A DNA stretch of 64,000 nucleotides, from NCBI GenBank assembly GCA_004431415.1, contig QPMI01000402.1, forward strand, positions 1-64,000, given 5' to 3'. The stretch is from Cyanophora paradoxa CCMP329 (lineage: Eukaryota; Plantae; Glaucophyta). Below are positions 37,938 to 47,100 of the stretch, one piece after another (the first letter of the stretch is position 1; each line of letters begins with the position of its first letter). Position numbers and translations under genes: made by a program. Under the pieces are notes generated by a model, which worked only from the letters and a program-made list of their open reading frames with translations, was not told the DNA's origin and did not search any database.

Positions 37938-37945
37938 CTTTTATA
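37938..37945 (-). promoter_or_regulatory. TATA box of polB
   Basis: TATAAAAG on the minus strand ~65 bp upstream of the ATG, in otherwise GC-rich DNA. Confidence 0.65.
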
Positions 37946-38221
37946 GGTGCGGCCGCTCGGGGGCGCGGATTCGAGCGAAATAGAAGGAGGGGAGGGGTAC
38001 GGCGGTCCGGGGGGCAAGACGGGTGCCACCCGCATCTCGGCGGGCTGCGATGAACCCTCGGCGTACGAGTACGAACGAGGCGCGGTCGTCTCCTACAATT
38101 TGGATCACAAGACGCGATACAGAGACGACCCTAGCGCAACGCGCGGCGTCCCCTCGATTCTGGGGCCCGCCGCGACAAAGAACACTAACCTACATCGGCT
38201 GTGGACCGCACCATCCCCCGT

Positions 38222-38485
38222 CTACGACGTCGCGCAGCAGACGCAGCCGGTCCTGCGCCGGGGCGCGATGCGGAGGGGGGGCAGCGGGCTCGTAAAACCC
38301 GCCAGCTTGCACTCCAGCTCGTAGTCGAACGAGTTGAGCGCGTCGCAGATGAGCGCGTCGAGCTCCGGATCCGGCGTAAGGTGGCGCGCGATGTCCGCGG
38401 GGGTCCAGACGTGGCGCGACGGGATGGGCGGGCGCGACGCCTCGTCCGTCGCGACCTTTGCGTCCGGCTGTTCCAGAGTGCTCAT
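38222..38485 (-). CDS. Small hypothetical protein
   Basis: MSTLEQPDAK..LICDALNSFDYELECKL has protein-like composition. The 3' end is uncertain. Confidence 0.35.
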   Translation of the reverse strand: MSTLEQPDAKVATDEASRPPIPSRHVWTPADIARHLTPDPELDALICDALNSFDYELECKLAGFTSPLPPLRIAPRRRTGCVCCATS

Positions 38486-38639
38486 GACTGAATAAAGTGG
38501 CAAAGGCGATGCGATTGCGGCGGTGCGATTGCGAGGTCGAAGACGTGCACGGGTGGCAGGATTCAAGCGAAATCCCCCGGAACAAAATGAAACGACCCGC
38601 GCAATCCGCGTACCCACTCTCACGCGACGCTTTCAGCAA

Positions 38640-39179
38640 TTACAAACCCAATTTGCAGCGCGCCTCGGCGGGGCAAGCGTAGGCGACAATGGGAGGCGCG
38701 GGAGCGTGGTCCGGATGCAGCACGACGGCAAGAGCGACGGTAAATCGGTGCTTCCCCGCGGTCACGACGAGACAGAGGTCCCCGTCGGCGGGCGCGGATA
38801 CGTAGAAGACGCCCCCGCGCGTGGGCAGGTCCACGTAGCAGGCCACGCCGCCCGTCGCCGCAAACGAGGTCGCAATCGCTCGGTTCAGGGCGCCCGCAAA
38901 GCTCTCCGGGCGCGCGCCGTGCACGTCGGGCGCCGGCACGGGCACGTAGAGCCCGGGCGGGTAGGGCTCCCCGCGTAGTCCCGGCCCGTAGCGCGCTCGG
39001 AGGTTGATGGTGCACGCGCGCCCCGCGGCGGACGCGACCCGCACAAAGATGTCGACGGCGGCCCACGTGGGGGCCGACGCGGGGATGTAGATGCCGCGCG
39101 GCACGGCGGCAGCGCGATCGGCGATCCAGTACCCCACCGAGACCGCCGACGGCGTCGCGTTGCGATCGGCGGGCTGCAT
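38640..39179 (-). CDS. Hypothetical protein
   Basis: 179-aa ORF with balanced composition, divergent from the MORC-like gene. Confidence 0.55.
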   Translation of the reverse strand: MQPADRNATPSAVSVGYWIADRAAAVPRGIYIPASAPTWAAVDIFVRVASAAGRACTINLRARYGPGLRGEPYPPGLYVPVPAPDVHGARPESFAGALNRAIATSFAATGGVACYVDLPTRGGVFYVSAPADGDLCLVVTAGKHRFTVALAVVLHPDHAPAPPIVAYACPAEARCKLGL

Positions 39180-39344
39180 GGGCCGGCGTAAACGAGTGAC
39201 GGGCGCTTGCGCCAGCGGCGCGCACGGCCCCGTTTACGCCGGATTCGCACGAAATGCAAACGTGTACCGACACGCACGACGCACGCGACGGGCCCATGCG
39301 AGCAATGTTTCGAGACGACGGCCCATCCCCCCCCCCGCGCGTCC

Positions 39345-39375
<31 letters not shown>

Positions 39376-39377
39376 AC

Positions 39378-39419
39378 GGGGCCCCCAGGGGGCGACTCGG
39401 GCATCCGTTTACATAAAAG
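39378..39419 (+). promoter_or_regulatory. GGGGCCCCCAGGGG + CATAAAAG promoter module
   Basis: Motif at 39378-39391, CATAAAAG at 39412, ATG at 39472. The same arrangement occurs at three other genes. Confidence 0.6.
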
Positions 39420-39471
39420 ACCTGGGCCCCCGGGGGAGGGTGCAACACCTCGTCGACTCCATCGCCGCGCG

Positions 39472-41397
39472 ATGTCGTCCTCGTCGTTCGGCTCCGTCAT
39501 CAAGGCGCACTCCGAGCTCCTCAACTCCGTCGTCAAGTGCGCGACCAAGTTCGGTCCGTTTGTGGAGGTCATCGACAACGCGATCGTCGTCTCGGACGAC
39601 GTCAAGGTCGACATCTCCGTGGTTGCGATCACGTCGACCACCAAACCCGGGGGAGACGAGAAGACCTCCCTCGTCGTTCGCGACAAGTCCGGTGGCATTC
39701 CGCGAAAGGCGCTCAAGGAGCTCACGAGCGTCGGCGCGCCTCCCGACGGCACGCGCAGGGCGACCACCCTCTCGCGGTTCGGGGTGGGGCTCAAGTGCGC
39801 GGCGAACATGGACAAGGTCAACGGCGCCACCGTCGTCCTCACGACAAACGAGGACGAGTACCACGCCGTCGTTTACCAGCGCCGCGTGCCCGATGGCTCC
39901 ACGGGGAGCGAGAAGCAACTCCACGCGGAAGTCTTCACCAACCTCGAGTACGACGTCAAGGGTCGCGCGCTGAAGAAAACGGATCCGCTCGCGGTGGCCC
40001 TTCGGACCTTTGCGGACGACGGGTTGATGGGCGTCGTGAGCAACGAGCTCGCGTCGCTCACCCAGAGCGACGAGTGCGGCACGACCGTCATCTTTCTGGA
40101 CTTTAACAACGGCGGAAACTTTATCTGGGACAACGAACGCAAGGACCTCGCGTACGTTGTTAAAAAGGGGAACCGGGAGCTCGCGGCCGACACGCTCGCC
40201 GGATTTCTCGCTCTCCTCTACCCCGGCATTCGTAACCGCATCCCCGAATGCTCCATCTGCGTCGGAGGCGACCAACCCGTCAACTTTCACTCCATCGAGG
40301 ACGCGTTCGATCGCAAGGGCGGTAAAATATCCAACTTCTCCGTGGATAATGGCCCATTTGCGGGCACCGTGTTCGTAGGCGCGCCCTCCGAGGACGGTCC
40401 GTACTCGCGCAGCCCGTTCGGGTTCGGCCCGGGGCGCGTGCTCCTCGTCTCCTTTGTGCGCGTGATCGGCTCGTTTCCCATCCCGACCGGTCGCCTCGGC
40501 ATCCCGCCCGGCCACGGAATCGTCCTGCACACGAAGAACTCTGTGGAGACAAACCCCACCAAGGACGATGTACCCGCCGCAACGGGCGAGAAGATCATCA
40601 CCGAGCTCGCCAAAAAACTTCCGTACCAGGCCGTCGCAGCGCCTACCGCGGCCCCCGTCCGGGTGGCGGAGCGCTCGAACAAGTTTACTCAACTCTTCGA
40701 TGAGCACGACGCGCTCCAATCCCCCTACGTGTGCGAGAAGAACAAGTTTGGCCTCGCTCCCTCCGAGGACCTCAGCGAGCCCGCGCGTCTCTTCGATGAG
40801 AACAAACAGGTCGGATCCGACATCACCGACTGTAAACGGTTCAAAGAGGTCATCAAGAACCGCTGCCTGCTCGCCGTCGAGCTGATCTACCACGTTGCCG
40901 ACCCGGCGGTGCGCGAGCGCATGGACGCCGAGAACCTCGCGAAACGCTGCACCAAGATGGTAATCGGCGGCAAGATATGCACCATGGGGAAACTCGGCGA
41001 GGCGATCCGCGCCATCGTCTGCGCCCCGTACGGCACGTTGGAGGCGTTGCGCGCAAAGTATGTCGAGCTCGCCAAGGATACCCGCGTTCAGGAGCTCCTT
41101 GTCGAGTACTCGACGTACGACTACAAAAAGCCCAAGGACGACGACGCGCCCAAGAAGCGCAAGTTGGAGCGCGACGATCGCAACGCGGATGGGAAGAAAC
41201 CGTCAAAGCGCGCAAAAAAGAGCGTCAAGACCAACTCAAAGGGCGACGACGCCGGGGACGACGACGCTCCCAAGAAACGCAAGGCACCCCGCAACGATCG
41301 CGACAAGGGCAAGAAGAAACCGGCAAAGCGCCTTCAGAAAAACGCAGAGTCCGAGCCGGAGAGCGACGATGCCACCGAGTCGGAGACGGAGGATTGA
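39472..41397 (+). CDS. MORC-like GHKL ATPase with basic/acidic tail
   Basis: HSELLNS..FVEVIDNA (N box), VRDKSGGI (G1), SRFGVGLK (G2), GTTVIF (G3), and TNPTKDD resembling the MORC S5 motif. Duplicated DDDAPKKRK NLS-like repeats. Confidence 0.8.
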   Translation: MSSSSFGSVIKAHSELLNSVVKCATKFGPFVEVIDNAIVVSDDVKVDISVVAITSTTKPGGDEKTSLVVRDKSGGIPRKALKELTSVGAPPDGTRRATTLSRFGVGLKCAANMDKVNGATVVLTTNEDEYHAVVYQRRVPDGSTGSEKQLHAEVFTNLEYDVKGRALKKTDPLAVALRTFADDGLMGVVSNELASLTQSDECGTTVIFLDFNNGGNFIWDNERKDLAYVVKKGNRELAADTLAGFLALLYPGIRNRIPECSICVGGDQPVNFHSIEDAFDRKGGKISNFSVDNGPFAGTVFVGAPSEDGPYSRSPFGFGPGRVLLVSFVRVIGSFPIPTGRLGIPPGHGIVLHTKNSVETNPTKDDVPAATGEKIITELAKKLPYQAVAAPTAAPVRVAERSNKFTQLFDEHDALQSPYVCEKNKFGLAPSEDLSEPARLFDENKQVGSDITDCKRFKEVIKNRCLLAVELIYHVADPAVRERMDAENLAKRCTKMVIGGKICTMGKLGEAIRAIVCAPYGTLEALRAKYVELAKDTRVQELLVEYSTYDYKKPKDDDAPKKRKLERDDRNADGKKPSKRAKKSVKTNSKGDDAGDDDAPKKRKAPRNDRDKGKKKPAKRLQKNAESEPESDDATESETED

Positions 41398-41714
41398 CTC
41401 GTAGGTAGATAGAGCGCCCCGGACGCGCTCGAGTGTAAATAATCGCCACCAAACACTCTTGACACGTGCGTTTACGCTCTCCCAGGCGGCTCGTGCGCGC
41501 GCTTCAACCGCGTAAACGGGTCGCCTTGCACCCCACACGCGACCCGCCCGCCGTCCTCGCGCGGTTCACGGGTCAACCGCGCGCGGCTGGCGTGGGTACG
41601 CGCGCGCACCCTCGGCCGAAAATGTACCCGACTCTAACCGCACCCGACGCGACCCGCCCCGGCCACGCGCGCCCGCCCCCTGCTGCATTTCGTTCGAATC
41701 CAACCGCGCCCCTG

Positions 41715-41752
41715 CCCCCAGGCCCCCCGCGCGTGCTCGAGCACCATAAAAG
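41715..41752 (+). promoter_or_regulatory. CCCCCAGG + CATAAAAG promoter module
   Basis: CCCCCAGG at 41715, CATAAAAG at 41745, ATG at 41794. Confidence 0.55.
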
Positions 41753-41793
41753 GGCCCGCCCCTCAAAGGTCGGCGACCAGATTTCAGCCATCG

Positions 41794-42948
41794 ATGGAGC
41801 AGCTCCCACTGCACGTCCACGAACTCGTCGTCTCCAAGCTCGGCGCCGGCGACGCCGCCCTCCTCGGTAGCGCGTCGTGTTCGATGCGGCGGCTCGTGCG
41901 GGAGAACGACGTTTACTGGATCAAGCAGCTCGAACGGCGCGGCATCGCCGTCCCGGAGGGCCTCAAGACCGGCACCGCGCACGAGGTGTTTTGGCGGACG
42001 GAAAACTCCCTTTGCGCGTCGTGCCGCCGCCCCAACGACGGTGCGCGTTGTCCGATCACGAAGCGTCTCGCGTGCGATCGGTGCCGCGAGCCCGTCGCGC
42101 TGCGCGACGCGATGGCGTTTGCGGGGCTTCCCCGCTCGGCGACGGACGCTCTTCGCACGCTCTACGGTCTTCCCAGGATGACGACGCGCGCGGCCGCCAT
42201 GGAGATGCGCTACCAGCGTCAGGAGGCGCGCGCGACGCCGGGTTCAGAGCCGATGCGGACGCTCGCGAGGCGCCTGGGTCTTGGTCGCGCCCGGTTCGGC
42301 GCTCCCGGAGGCGTCCGCATGGTGGGATTCTGCCCAAGGACCCTCGAGCCCCTTTACGACACGGAGGGCGCCCGCCGCATCGCCGAGAAACGCTACGGCG
42401 CCGACGTCGAGGGCACCGTGCGTCGCATGCGGGAGCAACGCGCTCGGACACGGGCGATGCGCCTGCAGCGCATAACGGAGGCGTTTACGCGGTTATCCGC
42501 CGCGGCCGAGCGTTACGATCCGCCGTTGATGGTCAGCGGATACCACAACACCCGAACGACCCTTTGCGTCCAGATCAACCCAATGGCTGCCATGCCGGTC
42601 GCGGTGACCCCCGAGATCACCCACCATTTCGTCACCCCCGAAGAGATCTCGGGCGCCGAAAACTTTAACGCGTTTCCCGGCGTTGTCGAGTCGGAATTTC
42701 ATCCCGTCTTTGCGGCGTTTACGGATGCCAAGTACGCCCACCGCGAGTACCGCATCGCACGCCTCGCGGCGGCCCTCGGTGCGCACGAGTTGGTCACGCC
42801 GACGTCGTTCTTTGTTCAGCATCCGACCGGGGCGTCTACGCCAACGGCGCTCGATCTTTACCTGTTTGCTGGCGTAAAGGCTCGCTTCGAGGAGGCCGTT
42901 CAGGAGCTGCGTGCACGTATTTACCCCACGATCGATACCATGGAATGA
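41794..42948 (+). CDS. F-box protein with C4 zinc motif (possibly XPA-like C-terminal region)
   Basis: MEQLPLHVHELVVSKL..LLGSASCSMRRLV..VYW (F-box); CASC..CDRC; LYDTEGARRIAEKRYG. Confidence 0.75.
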   Translation: MEQLPLHVHELVVSKLGAGDAALLGSASCSMRRLVRENDVYWIKQLERRGIAVPEGLKTGTAHEVFWRTENSLCASCRRPNDGARCPITKRLACDRCREPVALRDAMAFAGLPRSATDALRTLYGLPRMTTRAAAMEMRYQRQEARATPGSEPMRTLARRLGLGRARFGAPGGVRMVGFCPRTLEPLYDTEGARRIAEKRYGADVEGTVRRMREQRARTRAMRLQRITEAFTRLSAAAERYDPPLMVSGYHNTRTTLCVQINPMAAMPVAVTPEITHHFVTPEEISGAENFNAFPGVVESEFHPVFAAFTDAKYAHREYRIARLAAALGAHELVTPTSFFVQHPTGASTPTALDLYLFAGVKARFEEAVQELRARIYPTIDTME

Positions 42949-43440
42949 TGTAAGCGAAACGTTTGTATACAAATACGGAACAGGCCATATTGCTGTAGGA
43001 CGTAAATCTGACGGTGAGACGGGAAGGGCACCGCCGGCGGGGTGGACTTCTTTTGGACCGACCAGACAGACGCGCACACCCCATTCCCCCCCCTTCCGCC
43101 GCCTCGTCCACCCTCTGCGGCCGCGCGCCGCCGCACCCGCCGCACGGAACGAGTCGGACGGGGCGCGCGGCGGCGGCGTTTACGCGGGTCGCGGCGGTCC
43201 CCGCCCCGCACCCGCCCCGCCCCGCACCCCCGCCCCGCCCACCCCATCGCCTCTGCCCCTCGGTGAGGCTTTACTCGTGCTACCCGCTGCTCGTGGACAA
43301 AGATCCGAGGCGGCCCGCCCGCCCGCGCGACGAGCCCGTGATGCTTTGCGCGACACAGACATCTATCTATGTCTCGATCCCGCAACGCGGCGCGCACCGT
43401 CGCCTGCGCGCGGCACTACCCGGCGCGACGAGGAGCCGGC

Positions 43441-43956
43441 TCAGTCTACCAGCCAGAAGGTGGCCTTGGTCATGTTGTGGTGCCAATCCTCGAACCGGGT
43501 CTCGAGGCGGCCCCGCAGGCACGCGCGGGCGGGGTCGGCGCGGACGGCGGCCTCGTACTGGTACGCGGAGGCCCGGCGAGGGAACGCACAGGTGAAGACG
43601 CGGTCGGCGCGCAGCCTGGAGACGATGACCTTTGCCTTCATCGCAACGTCGTCGGGGAAGACGCCGAGGTCGCGGGCGACGACTAGCTCTAGGTCGTGGT
43701 CGGACAGCGACGCCCAATACGCTTCATCCCCCGGCGGTGCGACTTGTACGGCGCAGCGCCCGTCCGGGAGCGTAAAGTACCTGACACTGAAGCTGATTAA
43801 TAGGTCCGTACTGTCTTTGTCGAGCAGGGCGATCGCGCGTAGAATGGTATCAAGGTCGCGGACGGCGAAGAAGATCGGGGCGCGCTTGGGGAGCTCATCG
43901 GCCAGGAGGCGGGCGGCGGACGTGGGATCCTTGGTGAAGAATTTGTCAAAGTCCAT
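43441..43956 (-). CDS. Hypothetical protein between repeat-unit remnants
   Basis: 171-aa ORF from MDFDKFF with normal composition. CATTTAAG lies ~55 bp upstream. Confidence 0.65.
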   Translation of the reverse strand: MDFDKFFTKDPTSAARLLADELPKRAPIFFAVRDLDTILRAIALLDKDSTDLLISFSVRYFTLPDGRCAVQVAPPGDEAYWASLSDHDLELVVARDLGVFPDDVAMKAKVIVSRLRADRVFTCAFPRRASAYQYEAAVRADPARACLRGRLETRFEDWHHNMTKATFWLVD

Positions 43957-44129
43957 CGTTTGCAAAGGTGAGCGAGAGCGATGGCGAGGCCCCTCGGAAG
44001 GGGGTCTTAAATGGCCTGGGCCACAGGCCCTCGCGCGACCCAGGAGGAGGGGATACAGCGACTCTCGAGTCGGCGGCGGCGCGGGGCGGACCCACCGCCC
44101 CGAGTCACTCCTCTTCCGCCCCCTACCCC

Positions 44130-47100
44130 AGCCGCACGGAACGAGTCGGACGGGGCGCGCGGCGGCGGCGTTTACGCGGGTCGCGGCGGTCCCCGCCCCG
44201 CACCCACACCGCCCCGCACCCCCGCCCCGCCCACCCCATCGCCCCTGCCCCTCGCACCGCGTCGTCTCCGCGGCCGGTGTTGCCGCCAGGGGCGACGGCG
44301 CGCGCGCGGGGACGGGGTGAGGGGTACGGCTCGTGCGCGTCTGTCTGTTCGGTCCAAAAGAAGTCCACCCCGCCGGCGGCGTCCTTCCCGGATTTTCATG
44401 ACGTCCGAGTGGGAACGCGCCCTCCCGTCTTTTTCCGTTCTAGTATCTTTACTCTCTTTCTTCCCACTTTGACCTTTAGAAGTAGAGAAAATGTAGGTAA
44501 ACCAAGGTAGGGAAGAGGTTTAAGGAAAAATGGGAGGCCGCGTTCCCACTCGGACGTCCGAAAAATCCGGGAAGGACACCGCCGGCGGGGTCGACTTCTT
44601 TTGGACCGACCAGACAGACGCGCACACTCCATCCCCCCCCCGTTCTGTCCCGCCGCGCGCCGCCGCACCCGCCGCGCAGAAAGAGTCGGACGGGGCGCAC
44701 GGCGGCGGCGTTTACGCGCGTCCCAAAGGCCCCCGCCCCGCACTGGCCTCGCCCCGTACGGCGCCCACCCACCCGACCGCCTCTGCCCTCGCACCGCGCC
44801 GTCGCCGCGGCCTGCGGCGCCGCCAGGGGCGACGGCACGTGCGCGGGGACGGGGTGAGGGGTACGGCTCGTGCGCGTCTGTCTGGTCGGTCCAAAAGAAG
44901 TCCACCCCGCCGGCGGCGTCCTTCCCGGATTTTTCGGACGTCCGAGTGGGAACGCGCCCTCCCGTCGTTTTCCGTTCTAGTATCTTTACTCTCTTTCTTC
45001 CCACTTTGACCTTTGGATGTAGAGAAAATGTAGGTAAACCAAGGTAGGGAAGAGGTTTAAGGAAAAATGGGAGGCCGCGTTCCCACTCGGACGTCCGAAA
45101 AATCCGGGAAGGACACCGCCGGCGGGGTCGACTTCTTTTGGACCGACCAGACAGACGCGCACACTCCATCCCCCCCCCGTTCTTTCCTGCCGCGCGCCGC
45201 CGCACCCGCCGCGCAGAAAGAGTCGGACGGGGCGCACGGCGGCGGCGTTTACGCGCGTCCCAAAGGTCCCCGCCCCGCACTGGCCTCGCCCCGTACGGCG
45301 CCCACCCACCCGACCGCCTCTGCCCTCGCACCGCGCCGTCGCCGCGGCCTGCGGCGCCGCCAGGGGCGACGGCACGCGCGCGGGACGGGGTGAGGGGTAC
45401 GGCTCGTGCGCGTCTGTCTGGTCGGTCCAAAAGAAGTCCACCCCGCCGGCGGCGTCCTTCCCGGATTTTTCGGACGTCCGAGTGGGAACGCGCCCTCCCG
45501 TCTTTTTTCGTTCTAGTATCTTTACTCTCTTTCTTCCCACTTTGACCTTTAGAAGTAGAGAAAATGTAGGTAAACCAAGGTAGGGAAGAGGTTTAAGGAA
45601 AAATGGGAGGCCGCGTTCCCACTCGGACGTCCGAAAAATCCGGGAAGGACACCGCCGGCGGGGTCGACTTCTTTTGGACCGACCAGACAGACGCGCACAC
45701 TCCATCCCCCCCCCGTTCTTTCCTGCCGCACGCCGCCGCACCCGCCGCGCAGAAAGAGTCGGACGGGGCGCGCGGCGGCGGCGTTTACGCGCGTCCCAAA
45801 GGTCCCCGCCCCGCACTGGCCTCGCCCCGTACGGCGCCCACCCACCCGACCGCCTCTGCCCTCGCACCGCGCCGTCGCCGCGGCCTGCGGCGCCGCCAGG
45901 GGCGACGGCACGCGCGCGGGGACGGGGTGAGGGGTACGGCTCATGCGCGTCTGTCTGGTCGGTCCAAAAGAAGTCCACCCCGCCGGCGGTGTCCTTCCCG
46001 GATTTTCATGACGTCCGAGTGGGAACGCGCCCTCCCGTCTTTTTCCGTTCTAGTATCTTTACTCTCTTTCTTCCCACTTTGACCTTTGGATGTAGAGAAA
46101 ATGTAGGTAAACCAAGGTAGGGAAGAGGTTTAAGGAAAAATGGGAGGCCGCGTTCCCACTCGGACGTCCGAAAAATCCGGGAAGGACACCGCCGGCGGGG
46201 TCGACTTCTTTTGGACCGACCAGACAGACGCGCACACTCCATCCCCCCCCCGTTCTTTCCTGCCGCGCGCCGCCGCACCCGCCGCGCAGAAAGAGTCGGA
46301 CGGGGCGCACGGCGGCGGCGTTTACGCGCGTCCCAAAGGTCCCCGCCCCGCACTGGCCTCGCCCCGTACGGCGCCCACCCACCCGACCGCCTCTGCCCTC
46401 GCACCGCGCCGTCGCCGCGGCCTGCGGCGCCGCCAGGGGCGACGGCACGCGCGCGGGGACGGGGTGAGGGGTACGGCTCGTGCGCGTCTGTCTGGTCGGT
46501 CCAAAAGAAGTCCACCCCGCCGGCGGTGTCCTTCCCGGATTTTTCGGACGTCCGAGTGGGAACGCGCCCTCCCGTCTTTTTTCGTTCTAGTATCTTTACT
46601 CTCTTTCTTCCCACTTTGACCTTTAGAAGTAGAGAAAATGTAGGTAAACCAAGGTAGGGAAGAGGTTTAAGGAAAAATGGGAGGCCGCGTTCCCACTCGG
46701 ACGTCCGAAAAATCCGGGAAGGACACCGCCGGCGGGGTCGACTTCTTTTGGACCGACCAGACAGACGCGCACACTCCATCCCCCCCCCGTTCTTTCCTGC
46801 CGCACGCCGCCGCACCCGCCGCGCAGAAAGAGTCGGACGGGGCGCGCGGCGGCGGCGTTTACGCGCGTCCCAAAGGTCCCCGCCCCGCACTGGCCTCGCC
46901 CCGTACGGCGCCCACCCACCCGACCGCCTCTGCCCTCGCACCGCGCCGTCGCCGCGGCCTGCGGCGCCGCCAGGGGCGACGGCACGCGCGCGGGACGGGG
47001 TGAGGGGTACGGCTCATGCGCGTCTGTCTGGTCGGTCCAAAAGAAGTCCACCCGCCGGCGGTGTCCTTCCCGGATTTTCATGACGTCCGAGTGGGAACGC

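Noticed and set aside
34940-38053. 1037-aa plus-strand ORF and the many other long R/A/G/P-rich ORFs (e.g. 30058-32247, 60643-62637, 6312-8000)
   Set aside because: Antisense or off-frame shadows of GC3-rich genes. Stop codons are rare at this GC content and no motifs are present.
44541-44550. CGTTCCCACT in the palindrome arms resembles the HSV-1 UL9 box CGTTCGCACT
   Set aside because: A one-mismatch 10-mer is easily coincidental, its orientation relative to the AT core is opposite to oriS boxes I/II, and the helicase C-terminus shows no visible similarity to the UL9 DNA-binding domain.
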